Assembly (NCBI GenBank): GCA_964628095.1
Contig: CAZVLR010000001.1
Span: 56,777 to 120,776, forward strand
Direction: 5' to 3'
From: an uncultured Candidatus Saccharibacteria bacterium
Lineage (GTDB): Bacteria; Patescibacteriota; Minisyncoccia; Minisyncoccales; CAZVLR01
Length of the DNA: 64,000 bases
The notes under the pieces were generated by a model that saw only the letters and a program-made list of their open reading frames with translations, was not told the origin of the DNA and ran no database searches. How positions within the stretch are numbered: position 1 is the stretch's first letter; each line of letters opens with the position of its first letter. Positions 53,785 through 63,957 of this stretch are shown piece by piece. The position numbers and the translations under genes were made by a program.

Positions 53785-54891
53785 TTAACCGGCCCAATAA
53801 TTATTCACAAATAGAATTATATACAGGGCTAAAAGCAGAATTGAAATAATAATCCAGGACATTTTAAGGTATTCGTTCTTAATTTTAGCCAGTATAATAT
53901 AAATTGGAAACAAAACTAAAATATAGCGGTTAATGCTCATTAAGGTGCCCGAGCTCAAGGCAATAGCTACAGTAGAAAGCATGTAAATGCCATAAGACGC
54001 CCTTAACTTTTTAAAAACAAAGAAGATTATTAAAAGAATAAAGGCAACGAAAAAAGCGTCCAAGCAAAAATTAGTTATGGCCGAACTGCTGAAAAACTTA
54101 AAGTGCTCTTTGTTAAGATTAAAGAACCTCCCCCACCAGGCTTCCACCCAAAAAAATAAAAAGAAGTTTTTGAATTTTAGGTAATGGTAAATAAAAAACG
54201 AAAAAAGCCCCAAAGGAATTAAAAAAAGCGGCAGAATTTTCCTGTTTAGCGCTTCTTTTATTTTAAAGTTATAAACTTTCAAATACTCCCAAAGTACCGG
54301 TAAAAACAGCAAAACGCCGGTTACCCTGGATAGCGAACTTAATAAGCCAAAAACGCCGGCCCAGAAAAACTTTTTCTTTAGAGAATAATAAAAGGTGGCC
54401 AAAGAAAGGAAGAGAAACAAGGATTCGGTATAAACGGCGTTTAAGAAAAAAGCGGCCGGGAAAATAAGCAAAAAGAAGATGGGCAAATAGGGATCGACCT
54501 CGGAATGGAATTCCTTAGTTATTTTATAAAGATAAACCAGGGATAAAAACAGAAAAATTACGCTGATCAGCCAGCCGGCCAAAATATAATTACCTAGAGT
54601 AAAAAAAGAAACTACCTTGATCAAAAAGGGATATAAAGGAAAAAAGACTATATTGGACAGCTTTTCAACCCCCTTGTAAGAATAGCCGTTTTGGGCGATA
54701 TCCAAATACCAAAAAGAATCCCATTTGGCGTGAAGGAAAACCGGATTCCAGGTTTTTTCCTGAAAGAATTTAGCCGGATCAATCCAGTTATAAGCCTGAT
54801 CGCCAACAAGATTTAAACGGTTAAGCGCCAATAAACCGAATAAATTAACAACAACCAACCAAAATAATAAAATTAAGGCTATTTTTTTCAT
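53785..54891 (-). CDS. GT-C mannosyltransferase (PIG-V-like)
   Basis: WDSFWYLDIAQNGY, FFPLYP, YTESLF, SRVTG, SINRY. Confidence 0.88.
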   Translation of the reverse strand: MKKIALILLFWLVVVNLFGLLALNRLNLVGDQAYNWIDPAKFFQEKTWNPVFLHAKWDSFWYLDIAQNGYSYKGVEKLSNIVFFPLYPFLIKVVSFFTLGNYILAGWLISVIFLFLSLVYLYKITKEFHSEVDPYLPIFFLLIFPAAFFLNAVYTESLFLFLSLATFYYSLKKKFFWAGVFGLLSSLSRVTGVLLFLPVLWEYLKVYNFKIKEALNRKILPLFLIPLGLFSFFIYHYLKFKNFFLFFWVEAWWGRFFNLNKEHFKFFSSSAITNFCLDAFFVAFILLIIFFVFKKLRASYGIYMLSTVAIALSSGTLMSINRYILVLFPIYIILAKIKNEYLKMSWIIISILLLALYIILFVNNYWAG

Positions 54892-55163
54892 TAACTTTTT
54901 CTATAAAATTTCCTTAGCCACCACTTTTTAAAAAGAGGAACGGTTAAGGTGGAAACAACAAAGGCAATTGCCGGAACAATGGCATTAATAAATGGTTTGG
55001 GCAATCGCGCAAAAAAGAAGAATATTACGATAACGATATAAGTAAAAAGCAGAATAATAACTTTTCTCGTCCAGCTTGTTTCCCAGGCCTTATCCGCTTC
55101 CACCCGCTGATTCCGCTTTTTAATCTCGTTTATTTCCAATTGTAGTTCTTCAATTGAGGGCAT
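54891..55163 (-). CDS. Small two-TM hypothetical protein
   Basis: RNQRVEADKAWETSWTRK followed by two hydrophobic helices. Confidence 0.75.
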   Translation of the reverse strand: MPSIEELQLEINEIKKRNQRVEADKAWETSWTRKVIILLFTYIVIVIFFFFARLPKPFINAIVPAIAFVVSTLTVPLFKKWWLRKFYRKS

Positions 55164-55188
55164 AATTAATTTTTATTAAAATAATAAA

Positions 55189-56424
55189 TTACTTTTCTAG
55201 CTCAATAATTACAATTTCTTCAGCCTCATCAAATTTTGAAGGCAACCGGCGAATTTTAACGGCTAAAGCTTTTCCATCCGGACTAAAGCCAAAAGTGGCT
55301 ACGGTTATGCCGCTCAGAGAATACTCTTGATAGCCTGGCACATTAAAATGACTTAACCTCTGCTGATTTGAGCCGTCGGCATCCATAATCCAAAAATCGG
55401 AACGCAAATTATCGCCTACAATATCGCCGTTCTTATCCCGATTTTGAGCCGTATCCTGGCTGGACATAAAAACGATTTTTTGGCCATCTGGTGAAAATTT
55501 AGCAAATTCATCCCATTCCAATGGCGTATTGGTTAATCTAGTAACTTTTTGCGTCTTTAAATCATAGAAAAATTCATCCAAGGCCGTTAACTTTGAATAG
55601 TAAGTTTTCTTATTTTTATCTTCCGGAAAGGCTGAATAGATTATTTTTGAATTGTCAGGTGAAAACCCATTAGTTTCATAAAACTGCATATTGCCCGGTT
55701 TAACCTCAATTATATTTGTAAGCTTCGGCTCTCCGTTTTCCACCATAAAATCAGCAACTTTCATTACCCAACTGCCCCAGGATTCCGGATCGTAGCTGAC
55801 TTTTTCCGCCCAGAGAATTTTTTTGCCGTCATAGGAAAATTTTGGATGAAGCACTCCCATGCGGGCAGCCACCTGGGTTATTTGCCAAAATTGTGATCCA
55901 TCGGCATTGGTTATCCAAAGATTGTTATTCAGCCCGCCGCCCGGAGTCCTGGCAAAGCGTTCTAGAATTTTTAATTTAGAAAATAATTCAGTATCCTCTG
56001 ATTGAAAAGCGATAAATTTACCGGAAGGATGCCAACTAGGATTGCCATTCATCCCTTGCGGTATATTGGATTTATTGCAAGTTAGGCATTTTTCATTCAT
56101 TCCATCTAGATTAATCGTCCAAATATCATAATTGCCGTCTTTCTCCTTACGATCAAAAGCAATGATATTATTCGGTCCCCATTCTACCCGTCCGCCTTTA
56201 TTAGTTAAGGTTCTGACATTTTTAACCTTATAAGTTGTTGAGTCGGGAAAATTTTTTCCGTTATTGGCGTTGCAATCAATCGAACAGCTTCCATTTTTTT
56301 GTTCCCATTTTTGGCAAATACTATCACCACATTTGGATTTTTGATAATTTTTTAGCAATATAAAGCCAATTACTAATAAAATTATAACTATCAAGACAAT
56401 AATTAAAAGTTTTTTGTTTGCCAT
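55189..56424 (-). CDS. TolB-like (PD40) beta-propeller with N-terminal TM and Cys-rich module
   Basis: CGDSICQKWE..C..DC; PSWHPSG, FSYDG, FSPDG, WIMDADG; start refined. Confidence 0.85.
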   Translation of the reverse strand: MANKKLLIIVLIVIILLVIGFILLKNYQKSKCGDSICQKWEQKNGSCSIDCNANNGKNFPDSTTYKVKNVRTLTNKGGRVEWGPNNIIAFDRKEKDGNYDIWTINLDGMNEKCLTCNKSNIPQGMNGNPSWHPSGKFIAFQSEDTELFSKLKILERFARTPGGGLNNNLWITNADGSQFWQITQVAARMGVLHPKFSYDGKKILWAEKVSYDPESWGSWVMKVADFMVENGEPKLTNIIEVKPGNMQFYETNGFSPDNSKIIYSAFPEDKNKKTYYSKLTALDEFFYDLKTQKVTRLTNTPLEWDEFAKFSPDGQKIVFMSSQDTAQNRDKNGDIVGDNLRSDFWIMDADGSNQQRLSHFNVPGYQEYSLSGITVATFGFSPDGKALAVKIRRLPSKFDEAEEIVIIELEK

Positions 56425-56434
56425 ATATTTAAAA

Positions 56435-58117
56435 TTATTTTTCAAACTCAATGATTACGATTTTCTCGTTTTGCCAAAATTCTCCAGGATATGTCCTGAG
56501 CTTGATAACAATCTGTGTGCCGTCAGGATTCCAGCTATGTTCTGCAACTACTGCGCCATCAGCTGTTAATTCCGGATAAACCGTTGAATCGGTGAGCGAA
56601 GAATTAAAATGAGTCAATCTTTTCTTGTTGGATCCGTCTGGATCCATTATCCATAAGTCCTGTTTTTGTTCTCCTGCCACAACATAGCCATCAGCATTTC
56701 TATTTTGCAGAATGTCCAAAGTTGAAGTCCAAATTATTTTGTTTCCATCTGGAGTAAATAGAGCGAATTCATCCCATTCATATTGTGTTCCGGTTAAGGA
56801 AGTCAGCTGCTGAGTATCCAAATCATATATAAATTCATCAAAGCTTTGGGCGGGCAAGTCTTCTTGAGAAGCCGAAAAAGTGATTTTATCATCATTCGGA
56901 GAAAAGCCATGTGTTTCATAAAGCCCCATGTCGCCGGGCTGTATTCCTTGAATATTGCTAATGGTTGGCACACCATCGACAACTGAAAAATCAGCTATTT
57001 TTATTTCCCACTGCCCCCAAAAACCCGAAAAGCAATTGGCGGGAAAGGTCATCCGCTCAGCCCAAATAAGCTTGGTTCCGTCGTGGGAAAATTCGGGATG
57101 CAGCACTCCTTTCCTGTCGGTCATAAAAGTTAGTTGCCAAAATTGGCTGCCGTCTGGATTAGTAATCCAAAGATCATTGTTAATGCCGCCACCGGGACTT
57201 TCAGCAAAGTTTTCACATACAAGATTCGATAAATCAGGATTTTCAGACTGGAAAACTATATAATTGCCAGAGGGATGCCAGCTGGGATTGCCATTCATAT
57301 GAGGATCGCCAGCCTCGGCGCAGGTTAGGCATTTTTTGCCGGAGCCGTCAGGATTCATTGTCCAGACATCATAGAATCCGTCGATTCCCATTCGGTCAAA
57401 GGCAATGATATTATTTTTGCCCCAATTTACTCGTCCGCCGCTTTCGGTTATAGTTGTAATACTTTTTATTTCATAACTGCCCGGTGGCGGTGGCGGATTT
57501 GGTATAAAAGCCAACTGCGAACCACCGCATAAAGGAGTAATCCTTATACCCCCTCTATTATCTTGGTCCAAAATATCACATTCCAAGCCCAAGTCTTCTG
57601 AACAATAACTAATGCCGTAATGGCAGGGACTCTCCTCTGTGCCCAGATTAATAGAAGTATATCCGTAAATATAGCGGTACTTTGAATTATTAACCGGGTC
57701 TTTGGGCGGACCGTCGGGGAACCAATCTTTTAGGATTTCTTTAAAGCTATTACCCCAGTCAGATCCCCCATTAATGCTGCCGTCTCCTACAGAGGCAGCT
57801 GCCAAACAATAAAGATTGTCTGCGTCTTCCAAACAGCTTTGGGTCGGATCGCAAAGAACATTCCAAAATGCATCTGGCCCGCCTTCCCCAAGGCAAGCTG
57901 CCGCTTCAGAACCGTTGGGGTTGGGATAATACCCGTAAAAAGTATAATGGGCGTTAAGCGCCAGCCTTAATTGGTTGGTTTCAGCCGCTCTCTTGGCGTC
58001 TCGGCCCTCCTTCTTGGCGCTATCAAGCACTATGAAAACAATCGTGGTAAGAAGCCCGATAATGCTAATTACTACTAGCATCTCAATTAAAGTAAACCCT
58101 TTTGATCTTTCATGCAT
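56435..58117 (-). CDS. Type IV pilin/pseudopilin fused to a TolB-like beta-propeller
   Basis: KG|FTLIEMLVVISIIGLL class III signal; RDAKR...YP; PPPPP linker; propeller paralogous to neighbours. Confidence 0.88.
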   Translation of the reverse strand: MHERSKGFTLIEMLVVISIIGLLTTIVFIVLDSAKKEGRDAKRAAETNQLRLALNAHYTFYGYYPNPNGSEAAACLGEGGPDAFWNVLCDPTQSCLEDADNLYCLAAASVGDGSINGGSDWGNSFKEILKDWFPDGPPKDPVNNSKYRYIYGYTSINLGTEESPCHYGISYCSEDLGLECDILDQDNRGGIRITPLCGGSQLAFIPNPPPPPGSYEIKSITTITESGGRVNWGKNNIIAFDRMGIDGFYDVWTMNPDGSGKKCLTCAEAGDPHMNGNPSWHPSGNYIVFQSENPDLSNLVCENFAESPGGGINNDLWITNPDGSQFWQLTFMTDRKGVLHPEFSHDGTKLIWAERMTFPANCFSGFWGQWEIKIADFSVVDGVPTISNIQGIQPGDMGLYETHGFSPNDDKITFSASQEDLPAQSFDEFIYDLDTQQLTSLTGTQYEWDEFALFTPDGNKIIWTSTLDILQNRNADGYVVAGEQKQDLWIMDPDGSNKKRLTHFNSSLTDSTVYPELTADGAVVAEHSWNPDGTQIVIKLRTYPGEFWQNEKIVIIEFEK

Positions 58118-58156
58118 GGGTTAATATATTTTGTGCTTGCTTTTTATATCTCTATT

Positions 58157-59374
58157 TTAATCCTGGTGTTTTTCAAATTCAATAACAATAATTTTTTCGT
58201 TGTCATCAAAATTACCCGGCATTACCCGCGTTTTAACCGCCATCCTACTTCCGTCGGGACTCCAGCTGTAATCAGCCGGATTGGTGCCAGCCGGGTTGTA
58301 TTCCGAATAACCTGGCTCGTTAAAGTGTGTGAGCCGGGCTAAATTTTTTCCATCAGCATCCATAATCCAGAAATCAGATTTAAGCTTATTGCCTTCTATA
58401 ACTCCTTTGGCATTGCGAATTTGATTGATGCCCATGCTCGACATAAGAATTATTTTTTTCTGATTTGGCGTCAACATCGCAAATTCGTCCCATTCCTTGG
58501 GCGAATTGGTAAAATTGGTAAGCTTCTGGGTTTTTAAATTGTAACTGAACTCGTCAAAACTTTGCGACGCTTCATATCTTTTGGAAGCGGAAAAAAATAT
58601 TTCGGAATTGTCTTTGGAAAAACCGTTAACTTCATACAATCCCATATTTCCCGGCTGGATTTCTTGGATATTGGAAATTTTAGGTTCGCCATTGATAATA
58701 TTAAAATCGGCAATTTTAATAGACCATTGTCCCCAAAAATCATTAGTAAAGCTCTTGGAAAGCGCAATTCTTTCAGACCATAATAATTTTGTGCCGTCCG
58801 GTGAAAAATGTGGATGCAAAACACCCAACCGATTGGTCACATGTGTTAACTGCCAGAATTGGCTGCCGTCGCGATTAGTAACCCATAAATTATTATTAAT
58901 CCCTCCGCCGGGATGCGTCGCCCATTTTTCTAAAAAGGGCACGGATAAATTTGGATCTTCCGCTTGGAAAACAATATAATTGCCAGAAGAATGAATAGTT
59001 GGATTACCATTCATTTTCTGAGGGATCCCCGCTTTTTCACAAGTTAGGCATTTTTTATTGGAACCGTCGGGATTCATCGTCCAGATGTCATAAAACTTAT
59101 CATCTCCCTTGCTATCATAGGCAATATAATCGTTGGTCGGAGACCAATCAACCCTACCGCCTTTTTCGGCAATAGTTGTTATGGATTTTATTTTATAATC
59201 GCTTGCTGGGCCATTAGGAATATTTTTACAATCATTGGCGCAGGTTTCATTTTTTTGTTCCCATTTCTGGCAGATATTATCTCCGCATTTTGACTGGCGC
59301 CAGAAAAATAATAAAGCTAATGCAATAAATATTATAACAACAACTATTAAGATAATTTTTGTTATTTTTTTCAT
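58157..59374 (-). CDS. TolB-like (PD40) beta-propeller with N-terminal TM and Cys-rich module
   Basis: CGDNICQKWE..C..DC; WSPT, FSPDG, WSPDG; start refined. Confidence 0.85.
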   Translation of the reverse strand: MKKITKIILIVVVIIFIALALLFFWRQSKCGDNICQKWEQKNETCANDCKNIPNGPASDYKIKSITTIAEKGGRVDWSPTNDYIAYDSKGDDKFYDIWTMNPDGSNKKCLTCEKAGIPQKMNGNPTIHSSGNYIVFQAEDPNLSVPFLEKWATHPGGGINNNLWVTNRDGSQFWQLTHVTNRLGVLHPHFSPDGTKLLWSERIALSKSFTNDFWGQWSIKIADFNIINGEPKISNIQEIQPGNMGLYEVNGFSKDNSEIFFSASKRYEASQSFDEFSYNLKTQKLTNFTNSPKEWDEFAMLTPNQKKIILMSSMGINQIRNAKGVIEGNKLKSDFWIMDADGKNLARLTHFNEPGYSEYNPAGTNPADYSWSPDGSRMAVKTRVMPGNFDDNEKIIVIEFEKHQD

Positions 59375-59379
59375 ATTTT

Positions 59380-61551
59380 TTATTTCCACTCAATAATTTT
59401 ATTTTTATCAACTGGACAGCCCAGAGCTTCAAATTCCTGGATAGTCTGGTAATGCACTATGGGCTGATACGGACCCATAACATTAGATTTATTTTCGCCA
59501 ATTAAGCTTTTGTTATACGTTGTCTGATACCAGGAACCGGTTTTCCAAGGAATGTTTTGGTCGGTCGGTGCATATTCTTTCATATAATTATCAGGATAAA
59601 CATTCATCCACCTCATAATCAATCCTTGCGTAGATTCTGGGCCAATGTTTTGCCAGGTGATGCCGCATTCTGGCCTGGCATTTGAAGGTTTCTCTTTTTG
59701 ACCATAAACAATAATATAATCATTATTATTGTCTCTTACCACATTTTCATCTAGTAAGCAGCCATAAACCAGCCCGTTATACATGTCATCTTGCCCTCCG
59801 CCAGTATGGCAGATTGACCAATAACGCGCTTGAGTTTTTTGAGTTGTGCTTTCTCCATTTCTGGTTTTTGGGGTTGTCGGAATCCGGCCGGTAATTGCAT
59901 AAACATGATTCGGAGTCACAGCAATACTACGGTGGAGATACATATCATACGGGCAGTCCGTGGCACTGTGCCCGATATTGCCCGGAGGAGCTGCATCAGG
60001 GCCCTTATTGGTTTGGCAGGCATATTGTTCTTGGAGCACTTTTTTAACTGTGTTTTCAGGCAACTTGCCAAAGGGTTGGGCTTTTTGGATTGCTGCGCCT
60101 TCGGCCCAAATAAGAAAAATATCAAACATTTTCCACCAACCCATAGATGAGCCAAGAATAGCTGGAACTTTTGCTAATGGTTTTTCCTCATAACCAGGAA
60201 CTATTCTTGCTAGAAGCTGGTCAATTTTAGAAGTATCTGGCTGAATCCAGAATTCTTCGCCAGTTTTTAATTTAAATAGCGCCTTAGGAAGCGAAACTCC
60301 ACCATAGGGATTTTTGCCGTTATCTGGAACATAATAACGCAACCATAAAATTGCTGGCGAAAGCATTCCATTGCCAATAGCGCCAGTGGATGAAAACGGC
60401 CCGCCAACACGCGTATTTCCCTGTGCTCTAAAATATTCGTTTTGCAATACTGGATTTAAATCGACCATGTTGCCTTGCTTTAAATCAAAATAAGCATGAT
60501 AGTGCCGATTAGTTGCGTTTCTGTTTTCGCCCACTCTGAATGGATTTATGTTTCCCGGGTCAGGATTGATATCTGCATCAATCAATGGCACTTCCATCTG
60601 GCCGCGGTTGCCGGCATAAGGAAATTGCGGATCAAAGGGCGGAGAAACTTGCAAGCTCATAAATCGGGCATGCGGAAAATCACCCTCAATAACCAATTGA
60701 GAATCATAAGGCGCGATATAGATTAATTTTTGGTAGGTTACATGAGTAGCGGCATTGTTCATGCGCAGATGTTGCCAATTATCTGAATCTGGCTCTTCTC
60801 GAGCAGGAATTCCATACCATTGTTCTTCTGCTGTAATTTCATCGGGCTTATATAATTTCCAGTGATTGGTTTTTGCATTATCAATATCTTCTCCCAGATA
60901 GCCGGCCGGAATTTCAGCAGGATTTTTGCCAGCCAGCCAGCCCCTGATATAATCTTCTAGTTTTTTTGAAAGTTCTTGGCCGGCTACTATTTGTTTTTTA
61001 TAGAATTCAGAATTTTTAGAATAAGGATCTTCTTTTTTACAAATATCTAAGATTTGATTAGCTGTTAAGCCCGGAAGGTTTACGGTAGAGATTCTGCCCG
61101 CATCTCTGCCTTCGGGCATTTTTGTTTTTAAGGCAACGCTTTTTTCCTGCTTGTTATAGCTGACTGATATTTTGCCCGAGCAAGCGCCGTGGCCGGTATT
61201 CCAAACAATAGCGCTGCCTTGGTTTGATCCTTGAATTGTGCCGCAGCCGGAAACTTCCCATTTGGGAGTGCCAAATTTTGTACATTCAGGATCGTCTTTA
61301 CCATTGGAACATTTAAAATTAACTATTTCATAGAGGCCGAAAACATCATTGGTGTTTTTAGGATTTATTGCCAGGCCTTCTTCTATTATGCCTTCGCAAT
61401 CCGCAGAGCAGGTGCCTTTGTTAAGCTCCCATCTTTGGCAGATATTATCTCCGCATTTTGACTGGCGCCATTTATTTGCAACAAATAATAAAGTTAAAAC
61501 AACAAATATTATTGCCAAAATAATTAAGACGTTTTTTATTGTTTTGTTCAT
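59380..61551 (-). CDS. Large surface protein with TM, Cys-rich module and an unknown extracellular domain
   Basis: CGDNICQRWE..C..DC; GDFPHARFMS and RYWSIC motifs; start refined. Confidence 0.75.
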   Translation of the reverse strand: MNKTIKNVLIILAIIFVVLTLLFVANKWRQSKCGDNICQRWELNKGTCSADCEGIIEEGLAINPKNTNDVFGLYEIVNFKCSNGKDDPECTKFGTPKWEVSGCGTIQGSNQGSAIVWNTGHGACSGKISVSYNKQEKSVALKTKMPEGRDAGRISTVNLPGLTANQILDICKKEDPYSKNSEFYKKQIVAGQELSKKLEDYIRGWLAGKNPAEIPAGYLGEDIDNAKTNHWKLYKPDEITAEEQWYGIPAREEPDSDNWQHLRMNNAATHVTYQKLIYIAPYDSQLVIEGDFPHARFMSLQVSPPFDPQFPYAGNRGQMEVPLIDADINPDPGNINPFRVGENRNATNRHYHAYFDLKQGNMVDLNPVLQNEYFRAQGNTRVGGPFSSTGAIGNGMLSPAILWLRYYVPDNGKNPYGGVSLPKALFKLKTGEEFWIQPDTSKIDQLLARIVPGYEEKPLAKVPAILGSSMGWWKMFDIFLIWAEGAAIQKAQPFGKLPENTVKKVLQEQYACQTNKGPDAAPPGNIGHSATDCPYDMYLHRSIAVTPNHVYAITGRIPTTPKTRNGESTTQKTQARYWSICHTGGGQDDMYNGLVYGCLLDENVVRDNNNDYIIVYGQKEKPSNARPECGITWQNIGPESTQGLIMRWMNVYPDNYMKEYAPTDQNIPWKTGSWYQTTYNKSLIGENKSNVMGPYQPIVHYQTIQEFEALGCPVDKNKIIEWK

Positions 61552-61555
61552 ATTT

Positions 61556-63703
61556 TTAATTTTGCTTGCCGCAGGCGCCGGCAAATTTTATTTTATAAAT
61601 ATCTCCGTTGATATGCGGGCCACTGGTTTCTTCGCTGGAAACATGCGACATATAAATGGCTGCGCCGCTTGGATCCCAGCTTTGTTCTTCATTATGTTTG
61701 GCCAAGGTGTCATATTCTGGATAACCAGGAGTGTTGAAATGAGTGATTTGTACCAGATTGCTGCCATCCGGATTCATCAGCCAAATTTCATCATTGGTGG
61801 CTGGGTATTTGTCCATTATTTTGATGGCGATTTTTTTGCCATCAGGAGAATAAGCAATTTCTTCTTCCACTTGCGGGGTATTGGTAATTTGCTTCAAATT
61901 TCCTCCGTTTAAATCAGTGGTATAAATATCCGGCCAAAGTTCGGTGCCATCAGGACTTTTGGTCAAATCAGAATAGGAATAAATAAATCCTTTATTGTCA
62001 AAAGTAAATCCTTCGGGCTCAACCATAGTGAAATTAGCTGGAGGATTAACAGTTTTTATATCAGCGACAATCGGTTTGCCACTGGCGTCATATGTGATTT
62101 TTGTATATTTGGCGCGCCAGATACATAGTTCTTCGCCCTTGCGCAAGGAAAAACTTTCTACACCCCACCAACAACCCGGATGCTTATCTACTCCTGGCTT
62201 GCCATTGGGGTATTTTTCCATCATAAACTCTTCTCCCCAAGTAATCATAGTGCCGTCAAAGGAATAATAAGGTTCAATCATCCCCCAATTGTCCGGATAA
62301 TCAGTAATCTGCCAAAAAGCCGAGCCATCAGCTTTGGCGATCCAAACATTATAATTTCTGCCAATGCCTGGTCGGGCTGTGGTGCCTATGCCTTTTCTGG
62401 GATATTTGGCTGATTCAGCGCCAAAGATAATATATTTGCCATCTGGCGACCAAGCTGATTGGCCGCGATGGCGGGTATTGGCCAAAGCCGCTTTGCCACA
62501 AGTTAAGCATTGAATATTGGAAAAATCTGCATTCATGGTAAAAACTTCGAATTGATCGTTAACTTCATCGGTAAAAGTTATCTTTCCCTGGGGCGAAGTC
62601 CTGGGGAACGAGCCATTAACTGCGGTTTTTTCCACGCTAACAACTTTGCAGGGGTTCTCATTCCCCACCGGTTTTTCGGCTAAAATCCCCGCCTCGTAAC
62701 CCTCAACCTCCTGGGGTAAAGCTGCAAAAGCGCCGTAGATATCGTTTAATTCGTACCAGCACATTTTGGTGTCTTGAGAACATTCCAAGGGCTCGCCCAA
62801 AATGCCAGCGTTCCTTCTTTTGGTAGCATCGCCTTCGTATCCTGGCCAAGTAATGGTTGTTTTATAGGTTACTAATATTTCTTTGCCAATGTAAGAATCC
62901 TTTTTAGAATAATCGTCAAAAGATAAGCCGATTAATCCGGATTCCGGCCCATCTTTGGCGTATTTTACAAAATAGGAGCCGATTTTTTGGTACTGAGCGC
63001 TAGAATCAAAAACCGAGAGCTCGCCCGAAGACCAGGTAATTACGTTGTCGCCCGCCTCAATATTTAATTCGCCCCAAGTGCCGTCCCAAAACATGGGTTC
63101 GATAGTGGACGTGCCCACCAGTTTTTTGCATAAAATAGTCTCGTCTTCCTGGATTAATTTTACGCTTTTACCAATGTCTTCCAAATTAAGCGCCACCTGC
63201 GGAGAACCAATATCGGGATGATATGTAAAAAGGGCAGGCCAGCCAAAAGCCACCATATAGGCGCCCTGTTTTTCAACCGAACCCGAACAGGAGACTTGCT
63301 GGGCTGTTTGAGCCAGAACCGTACCAACGCTTGCCAAGCCAATGCTTGAAGTCTGATTTGTCTGTTTTAACCCTTGAAGTAGTTTTAATTTTATTAATTG
63401 CTTGATCCTTTCGGGGATTACTCTTTTTGAAGAATTTAAGCTGATAATCTGCTCTTTAATGCCCTGGTATTGCTTGAGTTTTTCAATAAGAGCTTGTCGC
63501 CTTTGCTGCATTAGCTCAATCGCAGCATTCTTTCTGCTTTCCAACATTTTCTTTCGAAAATTAGAAAGAAGATAAAGAAACAAAGCTCCTAGAAGAATAA
63601 CAATAAGCACAATAATTAAGGTTTTTTGCCAGGTTTTTAAACTAAATCCTTTTTTAACTTCACCCGAAGTTACGGGTGTTTGAAGATTATTTTCTTGAGG
63701 CAT
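61556..63703 (-). CDS. TM/coiled-coil surface protein with C-terminal TolB-like beta-propeller
   Basis: TM near aa 28-46, coiled coil, then CLTC, WSPDG, YSPDG, WLMNPDG, ITHFNTPGYPEY. Confidence 0.82.
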   Translation of the reverse strand: MPQENNLQTPVTSGEVKKGFSLKTWQKTLIIVLIVILLGALFLYLLSNFRKKMLESRKNAAIELMQQRRQALIEKLKQYQGIKEQIISLNSSKRVIPERIKQLIKLKLLQGLKQTNQTSSIGLASVGTVLAQTAQQVSCSGSVEKQGAYMVAFGWPALFTYHPDIGSPQVALNLEDIGKSVKLIQEDETILCKKLVGTSTIEPMFWDGTWGELNIEAGDNVITWSSGELSVFDSSAQYQKIGSYFVKYAKDGPESGLIGLSFDDYSKKDSYIGKEILVTYKTTITWPGYEGDATKRRNAGILGEPLECSQDTKMCWYELNDIYGAFAALPQEVEGYEAGILAEKPVGNENPCKVVSVEKTAVNGSFPRTSPQGKITFTDEVNDQFEVFTMNADFSNIQCLTCGKAALANTRHRGQSAWSPDGKYIIFGAESAKYPRKGIGTTARPGIGRNYNVWIAKADGSAFWQITDYPDNWGMIEPYYSFDGTMITWGEEFMMEKYPNGKPGVDKHPGCWWGVESFSLRKGEELCIWRAKYTKITYDASGKPIVADIKTVNPPANFTMVEPEGFTFDNKGFIYSYSDLTKSPDGTELWPDIYTTDLNGGNLKQITNTPQVEEEIAYSPDGKKIAIKIMDKYPATNDEIWLMNPDGSNLVQITHFNTPGYPEYDTLAKHNEEQSWDPSGAAIYMSHVSSEETSGPHINGDIYKIKFAGACGKQN

Positions 63704-63815
63704 AGATTTTTTAATTAATTAGTTATTTTTAATATATTATATAACCATTTAATTTATTATACAATTAAAACGCCCTTTTTAAATGGGGTTAAATTACAGA
63801 AATTCATTATATTTG

Positions 63816-63886
63816 CGGGGGCACAAGGATTCGAACCTCGATCACTTCTTTTGGAGAGAAGTATTCTGCCGTTGAACTATGCCCCC
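63816..63886 (-). tRNA. tRNA-Trp(CCA)
   Basis: GGGGGCA/TGCCCCC acceptor stem, anticodon loop CT-CCA-AA, TTCGAAT T-loop. Confidence 0.95.
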
Positions 63887-63927
63887 AATATATTAAAAAT
63901 ATCATTTTTAAGATAAATTTTCAACCA

Positions 63928-63957
63928 AAAAAAGCCCAGGACAAAAGTCCTGGGTTG
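63928..63957 (-). terminator. Intrinsic terminator of a gene ending near the window edge
   Basis: CCCAGGAC-aaaa-GTCCTGGG flanked by an A tract (T tract on minus strand). Confidence 0.7.

Noticed and set aside
3434-63342. Numerous short ORFs nested in or antisense to long genes (e.g. 13921-14310, 32654-33100, 49073-49483, 61349-61912)
   Set aside because: They overlap well-supported genes and have no motifs or expression signals.
63640-63660. Prepilin cleavage site in the 715-aa protein (KKGFSLKT)
   Set aside because: No Glu at +5 and charged/polar residues precede the hydrophobic stretch; more likely a simple signal anchor.
55170-63886. Integrated mobile island at tRNA-Trp
   Set aside because: No integrase, and no duplicated tRNA 3' end was found at the far boundary.
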